From Raphidiopsis brookii D9 (GTDB taxonomy: Bacteria; Cyanobacteriota; Cyanobacteriia; Cyanobacteriales; Nostocaceae), in NCBI GenBank assembly GCA_000175855.1, contig ACYB01000037.1, positions 90,001 to 122,000 on the forward strand: a DNA stretch of 32,000 bases, written 5' to 3'. Of the stretch, positions 27,324-32,000 are shown in pieces. Below the pieces are notes generated by a model that saw nothing but the letters and a program-made list of their open reading frames with translations, was not told the origin of the DNA and ran no database searches. The position numbers were made by a program, and so were the translations under genes. The stretch's first letter is position 1. Each line of letters opens with the position of its first letter.

Positions 27324-28115
27324 ATGAGAACCACTAACCAAAAAATTATCCAGGTTGACGCTTTTACCAACAAACCATTTCAAGGTAACCCTGCTGGGGT
27401 TTGCGTGTTGACCAATTCCGAATCTGACGAGTGGATGCAGCAAGTAGCTCAAGAAATGAATTTATCAGAAACAGCCTTTTTGCTACCAGAAAATGACGGT
27501 TTCAATTTACGGTGGTTCACGCCAACCACAGAAGTTCCCCTGTGCGGTCATGCTACCTTAGCTAGTGCCCACGTCCTCTGGTCAGAAGGATATTTATCAC
27601 CAGAACAAAAAGCCCGATTTTATACTAAAAGTGGTCTATTGATTGCGAAAAAGCAAGATGATTGGATTGAATTAGATTTTCCCGTTAATCATTCCCAAAT
27701 TGTGGAACCACCACCTTTATTAAATGAGGTTTTAGGAGTTGGTTACAAATCAGTTTCTTTGAACTCCCTTGGTTATTTAGTGGAATTAGCCTCTCCACAA
27801 TTAGTGCGACAAATACAGCCAGATTTCCAACAAATGAGACTGCTACCAGTCAAGAGTATGATTGTTACTAGCACCGGTGATCTGGAATATGATTTTATAT
27901 CTCGTTTTTTTGCCCCCGGTTTTGGTATTGACGAAGACCCAGTAACTGGTGCTGCACATTGTTGTTTGGCTCCCTTTTGGCGATATAAACTGCAAAAAGA
28001 TACTTTTTTAGCCTATCAAGCTTCTCAACGGGGCGGAATACTCAGAGTAACCTATTCGGGAGGAAATCGGGTTTTTTTAAGCGGACAGGCTATTACCGTT
28101 GAGAACATTACCTAG
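27324..28115 (+). CDS. PhzF-family isomerase-like protein
   Basis: N-terminal QVDAFTNKPFQGNPAGV, SETAFL, and the C-terminal half-domain DPVTGAAHCCLAPFW; 263 aa. Confidence 0.85.
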   Translation: MRTTNQKIIQVDAFTNKPFQGNPAGVCVLTNSESDEWMQQVAQEMNLSETAFLLPENDGFNLRWFTPTTEVPLCGHATLASAHVLWSEGYLSPEQKARFYTKSGLLIAKKQDDWIELDFPVNHSQIVEPPPLLNEVLGVGYKSVSLNSLGYLVELASPQLVRQIQPDFQQMRLLPVKSMIVTSTGDLEYDFISRFFAPGFGIDEDPVTGAAHCCLAPFWRYKLQKDTFLAYQASQRGGILRVTYSGGNRVFLSGQAITVENIT

Positions 28116-28179
28116 AAAGCTTATTGGCTTTAACAGTCTCTAGGTCTGGGTTAATTCAAACAATCACGGTTAATTTCCT

Positions 28180-28214
28180 GGCGATCGCACTGAACTAACT
28201 CTCATGCGATCGCC
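28180..28214. terminator. Hairpin built from two HIP1 copies between convergent genes
   Basis: GGCGATCGCA (28180-28189) and TGCGATCGCC (28205-28214) are exact reverse complements with a 15-nt loop. It lies between the phzF-like gene (+) and the TPR gene (-). Confidence 0.4.
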
Positions 28215-28311
28215 CTTGAGGTTCCCGCACCACTGCATCCTCAAAACTAGTATAATGGGGGAGTCCTATGAGATTTAAATCATTTTGACGCTTCTTTAGT
28301 CTAAACTCCAG

Positions 28312-28800
28312 TTATTCAGCACTCAGTCCCTGTTTTTGCAATAAATCTGCTGCTTTTTGTAAGTCAGCAATGGCACCCTGATTATCTCCTAACCTACTGC
28401 GTACAACACCCCGATTGTAGTAAAAATCAGCGTGAGGGCTGAGCTTGATAGCTTGGTCTATTGCATCTATGGCTTCTTGATATCTTTTTAAATTAGATAA
28501 TACTACCAATTTCTCATTATATAGATTGGGATTATTAGGCTGTAGTTTTATAGCTTGATTAATAGCTAGTAATGCTTGATCAGATCTACCTAATTTTGTA
28601 TTTGCTAAACTTAAAATAGTCCATGCTAGAACAGAATCAGATTTAGCTTTGACAGCTTCCTCTAAAGCTATTACTGCCTCCATAACTTTCCCACTCCTAC
28701 TTAATGCTAAACCCTTGCCATAATAGGCTAGATGAATAAATTCTGGTTTCTGTTTAATTGCATTATCAAATGCTGTTATTGCCTCTGGATAACGACCCAA
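28312..28800 (-). CDS. TPR-repeat protein, apparently N-terminally truncated (the track start is a TTG inside a TPR motif; the frame is open to 28845)
   Basis: Four to five TPR units (GRYPEAITAFDNAIKQKPEF, etc.). In-frame upstream codons read TDLFNWLETGNQLWRL, the first helix of the same TPR unit, with no start codon before an in-frame TGA at 28846-28848. Confidence 0.7.
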   Translation of the reverse strand: MGRYPEAITAFDNAIKQKPEFIHLAYYGKGLALSRSGKVMEAVIALEEAVKAKSDSVLAWTILSLANTKLGRSDQALLAINQAIKLQPNNPNLYNEKLVVLSNLKRYQEAIDAIDQAIKLSPHADFYYNRGVVRSRLGDNQGAIADLQKAADLLQKQGLSAE

Positions 28801-28840
28801 CCTCCATAGTTGATTTCCCGTTTCTAACCAATTAAATAGG

Positions 28841-28969
28841 TCAGTTCAACCGGATCACTATGGCGATTAACACTATGGCGATTAAGTAGTACATACCATA
28901 ATTAATACCTTTGCCAATTTTCCAAATATAGGGCTGAAACCCAATAAAGAAACCCAATAAAATCGTCAC
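28841..28969 (-). CDS. 42-codon GTG-initiated ORF encoding a hydrophobic helix; possibly the displaced N-terminus of the TPR gene
   Basis: Reads MTILLGFFIGFQPYIWKIGKGINYGMYYLIAIVLIAIVIRLN and stops (TGA 28841-28843) 5 nt after the stop that opens the TPR frame. Contains both perfect tandem duplications. Confidence 0.3.
   Translation of the reverse strand: MTILLGFFIGFQPYIWKIGKGINYGMYYLIAIVLIAIVIRLN
28856..28885. repeat. Perfect 15-nt tandem duplication (CACTATGGCGATTAA x2)
   Basis: Read directly; units at 28856-28870 and 28871-28885. In the minus-strand ORF it duplicates LIAIV in frame. Confidence 0.9.
28936..28961. repeat. Perfect 13-nt tandem duplication (GAAACCCAATAAA x2)
   Basis: Read directly; units at 28936-28948 and 28949-28961. 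The length is not a multiple of 3. Confidence 0.9.
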
Positions 28970-29020
28970 GATATCAATACGGTTTCATAATTTTGGCAGC
29001 AGTATTAATAATTACTAACT

Positions 29021-30319
29021 TTACACTGAGTAGTGTCTTGATGTGTAAACCCAGATGTTTCCCCCAAGAGATTGTATTTTCCTAGTATGGGAAGAGCCAA
29101 CGATAATTAAAGTCCGCATATCCGCATCCTCGGGATTCAATTCCTCTAGATTTGTAACTTTTAATCTTTGTCCAGGTCGACCAATATTGCTTCCTAATAT
29201 TACAGGAGTATCAGGTTTTCTGTACTCCAATAATATATTCTTGGCTGCGGTTAATTGCCAAGTTCTTGACTGAGAAATTGGATTATAAAATACAATCACA
29301 AAATCCCCTTGCGCAGCATTAGTAATTCTTTGGACAATAACTTCCCAGGGTTTTAAAATATCAGAGAGAGAAATTACACAGAAATCATGTCCTAGGGGAG
29401 CACCTATGGTAGCAGCAGTGGCCTGCATGGCAGAAATACCGGGGGCTACTTGAATATCAATTGTCTGCCATTCTGGTTGATTATATTGACCTTTTTCTAG
29501 AACTTCAAAAACTGCTGTGGCCATGGCATAAATACCTGGATCTCCGGAAGAAACTACTGCTACATATTTGCCTTGCACAGCTAAATCTAGGGCTTTTTTG
29601 GCCCGGGATTCTTCTTCTCGATTGTCAGATTCATGTATGTTCTTGCCATCAGCTAATTCACCAATTAGGTTAATATATGTTTTGTAACCAACCAAATCAG
29701 TGGCATTCCGTAAAATTTCCTGAACTTCAGGAGACATCCATTGTACACCGCCTGGTCCTGTACCAATAATCGCTAGTTTTCCCCTCCCTTTGCCAATAGT
29801 TTCCGGATCGATAATGTCTGTGGCAATGCTCAGGGTGATGGGAGAAAATGGCGATTCAAATGATGTATGATATGTATTATTTCCCGTCATACCAGCAGCA
29901 ACCACGGCTTCGTGAAAACTGTATCCTTTGTCAGTCAGTTCTTGTATTTGATTTGTGGTTAAGAATCTGGCTGGTATGGAAAATGTTTTGCTAATTTCCT
30001 GCAAAATCGAATTATTAGCTAGGGAAAGAGGTGCAATTATCACTGCCAATGCTTGAGAGGAAATTTCCGCTTGTGCTAATAGTTCATAAATATGGTTGAT
30101 TGTTTCAACTTCAAGAGAAGATAGGGTAATCGCCACCCTTTGTGGATGATAAACTAAACAATCAGGTGGGGGAATCAGGTGTTTTTCTGTAACTTGAATA
30201 GTTAATTCTCCCCTATCATCTATGGGCAAATTACTGGCACTCAACCAGGGAGCTGTTCCTTCTAATTTAACTTTTGCTCCTGCTAATAAATCAGCTATAA
30301 ATTTTTTCCCATCCTCCAC
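29021..30319 (-). CDS. CbiG (cobalt-precorrin-5A hydrolase, middle/C-terminal part) fused to precorrin-3B / cobalt-factor-III C17-methyltransferase (CobJ/CbiH). The frame continues upstream without a start codon to 30643
   Basis: The C-terminal half has tetrapyrrole methylase motifs (LAIIGTGPGG, VVSSGDPGIYAMA). Upstream in-frame codons (30320-30643) read GNPIIGICAAGILIRTVAHL...VVPLLGGLTGVNELARQIGAGLNVKPSITTTGD, the CbiG N-terminal domain. The track's start is an internal GTG. Confidence 0.85.
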   Translation of the reverse strand: MEDGKKFIADLLAGAKVKLEGTAPWLSASNLPIDDRGELTIQVTEKHLIPPPDCLVYHPQRVAITLSSLEVETINHIYELLAQAEISSQALAVIIAPLSLANNSILQEISKTFSIPARFLTTNQIQELTDKGYSFHEAVVAAGMTGNNTYHTSFESPFSPITLSIATDIIDPETIGKGRGKLAIIGTGPGGVQWMSPEVQEILRNATDLVGYKTYINLIGELADGKNIHESDNREEESRAKKALDLAVQGKYVAVVSSGDPGIYAMATAVFEVLEKGQYNQPEWQTIDIQVAPGISAMQATAATIGAPLGHDFCVISLSDILKPWEVIVQRITNAAQGDFVIVFYNPISQSRTWQLTAAKNILLEYRKPDTPVILGSNIGRPGQRLKVTNLEELNPEDADMRTLIIVGSSHTRKIQSLGGNIWVYTSRHYSV

Positions 30320-30576
30320 ATTAGCTAAATAATACCCCCTGGGTGGAGATAATAAAGCTGTGCGAAATCTTAAATCTCCCGTGGTTGTAATGGAGGGTTT
30401 GACATTTAAACCAGCTCCTATTTGCCGTGCTAGTTCGTTTACTCCAGTTAACCCACCTAACAGGGGAACTACTGCACTACTATCTTCCGCTACAGCTAAT
30501 AGGGGTGGTTCTTGATTTTTATTGGTAATCAGATGTGCTACTGTTCTAATTAAAATCCCCGCAGCACATATACCAA

Positions 30577-30744
30577 TTATGGGGTTCCCGTCACAAATAA
30601 TTGTCTCAGGGTATCTCCAAAATCGGTAAAGCTCACATCCACATCACAGGTACGATTGGCTAAACCATATATTTTGGCACCCGGTATAACGCCAACAATT
30701 TTTTTTGCCACTGTGAGACTATTCTGACTGAGAATTATAACCAC
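30577..30744 (-). CDS. N-terminal CbiG fragment in a different frame from the downstream ORF (55 codons, GTG start)
   Basis: Reads MVIILSQNSLTVAKKIVGVIPGAKIYGLANRTCDVDVSFTDFGDTLRQLFVTGTP*, which resembles the start of CbiG. It overlaps the open upstream part of the 29021 frame and would join it with one 1-nt change near 30581-30592. Confidence 0.6.
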   Translation of the reverse strand: MVIILSQNSLTVAKKIVGVIPGAKIYGLANRTCDVDVSFTDFGDTLRQLFVTGTP

Positions 30745-30835
30745 CGGTTTTGTTGTGTTTTTTCTAATCTATCCATAATATTATTGTCACAATGTAGTTT
30801 GATGTAGTTAGCCTAAACTAGATTTAATTTGTAAA

Positions 30836-31540
30836 CTACAGTCTTTGTTTAGTAGGTATGACAATCATCGAAAAATAAGGTACTTCGTCAGGGTCTACCT
30901 CATCCAGTGGCACAATTCTCTGTTGTGTAGTAGTTGCGCGTTCAATATACTTGGCTCGGGAATTTAATCCTAACTGATGCAGCACATCCCGGATTTTGAC
31001 AAAATGACGACCGATCTTCATAATGGCAGCAGCATCAGCGGAAATAAGTTGACTAATTAGCATTTCCCTAGGAAGAGTACCCGGTAAAACCTTCAAAATA
31101 TCATTATAATAAGTGAAAGGTACACCCAAAGAAATAGGACAAGCCATTAAAGAAGAAATCCCGGGCACCACCTCCGTCTCATACTTATCCGCAAGACGAG
31201 TAAATATATACATAAAAGATCCATAAAAAAACGGGTCTCCCTCGCATAATACCACCACATCCCGACCAGCTGCCAAATGTGACCCAATAGGTTCAACCTC
31301 GCGATCATAGATATCTTTAGCCTTTTCCGGTTCCAGAGCCCGGGGAAGATGATATAAAACTTCTATTTGATTCCCAGGTAAGTAAGGAGAGACAATTTTT
31401 CTAGCAATACTTTCTCGATCTATGGCTGACTGATAGGCAATAACAGAAGCAGAACGTATTAAACGCAATGCTTTTAATGTTAACAGTTCCGGATCTCCAG
31501 GACCAACACCAACTCCATACAAACGACCTTTTAAATTCAT
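30836..31540 (-). CDS. cobI: Precorrin-2 / cobalt-factor-II C20-methyltransferase
   Basis: LYGVGVGPGDPELLTLKALR N-terminus and VLCEGDPFFYGSF motif; 234 aa. The start overlaps the cobH stop by 4 nt (ATGA). Confidence 0.9.
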   Translation of the reverse strand: MNLKGRLYGVGVGPGDPELLTLKALRLIRSASVIAYQSAIDRESIARKIVSPYLPGNQIEVLYHLPRALEPEKAKDIYDREVEPIGSHLAAGRDVVVLCEGDPFFYGSFMYIFTRLADKYETEVVPGISSLMACPISLGVPFTYYNDILKVLPGTLPREMLISQLISADAAAIMKIGRHFVKIRDVLHQLGLNSRAKYIERATTTQQRIVPLDEVDPDEVPYFSMIVIPTKQRL

Positions 31541-32000
31541 GTTTCTTCCTCGGATGCTAGCGCATTAATAGCAGAAGCAGCGATCGCACTTCCACCCCGT
31601 CTACCATGTAAAGTTAAAAATGGCACACCACGACTATTCTCCGCCAGGGCGGCCTTAGATTCAGCAGCGCCGACAAAACCTACAGGAAAGCCTAAAATCA
31701 GAGCTGGACGTGGTACTCCTTCATCCAACATTTCCAGCAATCTAAATAATGCCGTAGGGGCATTACCAATAGCTACAACCGCACCATCAAGATGAAATCG
31801 CCATAGTTCTAGAGCTGCTGCTGAACGGGTATTGCCTAATCGTTTAGCTATTGTGGGCACTTCTGGATCATTCAAAGAACAAATAATAGCATTCGTAGTA
31901 GGTAATCTTTTTTTAGTGATTCCCTGTGCAACCATCTGACAATCACATAAAATAGGCGCACCAGAAGCCAGGGCGTTTTTGCCTAAATTTACCGCATCTA
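31537..32000 (-). CDS. cobH: Precorrin-8X methylmutase / cobalt-precorrin-8 methylmutase, 5'-partial (runs off the window)
   Basis: Motifs AVVAIGNAPTALFRLLE and GFPVGFVGAAESK. The frame stays open upstream of the track's Met (…GAPILCDCQMVAQGI) to position 32000. Confidence 0.85.
   Translation of the reverse strand, partial: DAVNLGKNALASGAPILCDCQMVAQGITKKRLPTTNAIICSLNDPEVPTIAKRLGNTRSAAALELWRFHLDGAVVAIGNAPTALFRLLEMLDEGVPRPALILGFPVGFVGAAESKAALAENSRGVPFLTLHGRRGGSAIAASAINALASEEET

Noticed and set aside
22523-27452. Other short track ORFs (22523-22726, 23033-23251, 24515-24904, 26690-26941, 26875-27090, 27195-27452) and 29055-29273 / 29461-29673
   Set aside because: All lie within or antisense to longer genes with clear family motifs, and none has independent support.
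28251-28311. Perfect TATAAT (28251-28256) on the plus strand, pointing antisense into the TPR gene's 3' end
   Set aside because: There is no acceptable -35 or extended -10, and only 6-7-codon ORFs lie downstream. An isolated hexamer in AT-rich DNA is expected by chance.
30745-30835. Cobalamin riboswitch within the cob cluster
   Set aside because: The spacer is short and lacks a B12-box-like sequence. Any operon leader would lie upstream of cobH, beyond the window edge.

Overview
Chromosomal DNA from a cyanobacterium. I count about 16 copies of the HIP1 octamer GCGATCGC by eye. Gene content (NatFGH-like amino-acid importer, DUF3318-like protein, TrmFO, cbi/cob genes) and the low GC suggest a filamentous Nostocales-type lineage; that placement is inference. 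About 30 protein genes are mostly housekeeping: ABC1 kinase, PPK2, PrxQ, IlvA, MurD, GlyS, QueF, TrmFO, CrcB, and a CobH-CobI-CbiG/CobJ cluster running off the right edge. Two RNA genes are missing from the ORF track: a tRNA-Arg(CCG) at 21639-21711 and a small SRP (4.5S/ffs) RNA at about 12593-12692. I found no CRISPR array, transposase, integrase or phage genes, so this is not an obvious mobile or defence island and I cannot point to a clear-cut new multi-gene system. The points most worth a second look: (1) a STAS domain with an intact FMDSSGLG phospho-serine motif fused to a monotopic phosphoglycosyl transferase (26198-27220); (2) the cbiG-cobJ fusion gene broken by a single frame change at a short G3/C4 run (about 30581-30592); (3) an AT-rich orphan gene with a decayed, internally deleted tandem paralog that keeps a near-identical 33-nt block (11031-12075); (4) an Apd1/Aim32-type thioredoxin-like [2Fe-2S] protein 11 nt upstream of crcB; (5) a PGM1-related ATP-grasp ligase flanked by long AT-rich non-coding DNA; (6) a TPR gene whose N-terminus sits in another frame next to two perfect tandem duplications. 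Several apparent frame breaks sit at or near short homopolymers, so sequencing error must be excluded before calling pseudogenes. All homology statements come from motif recognition by eye, not database searches.
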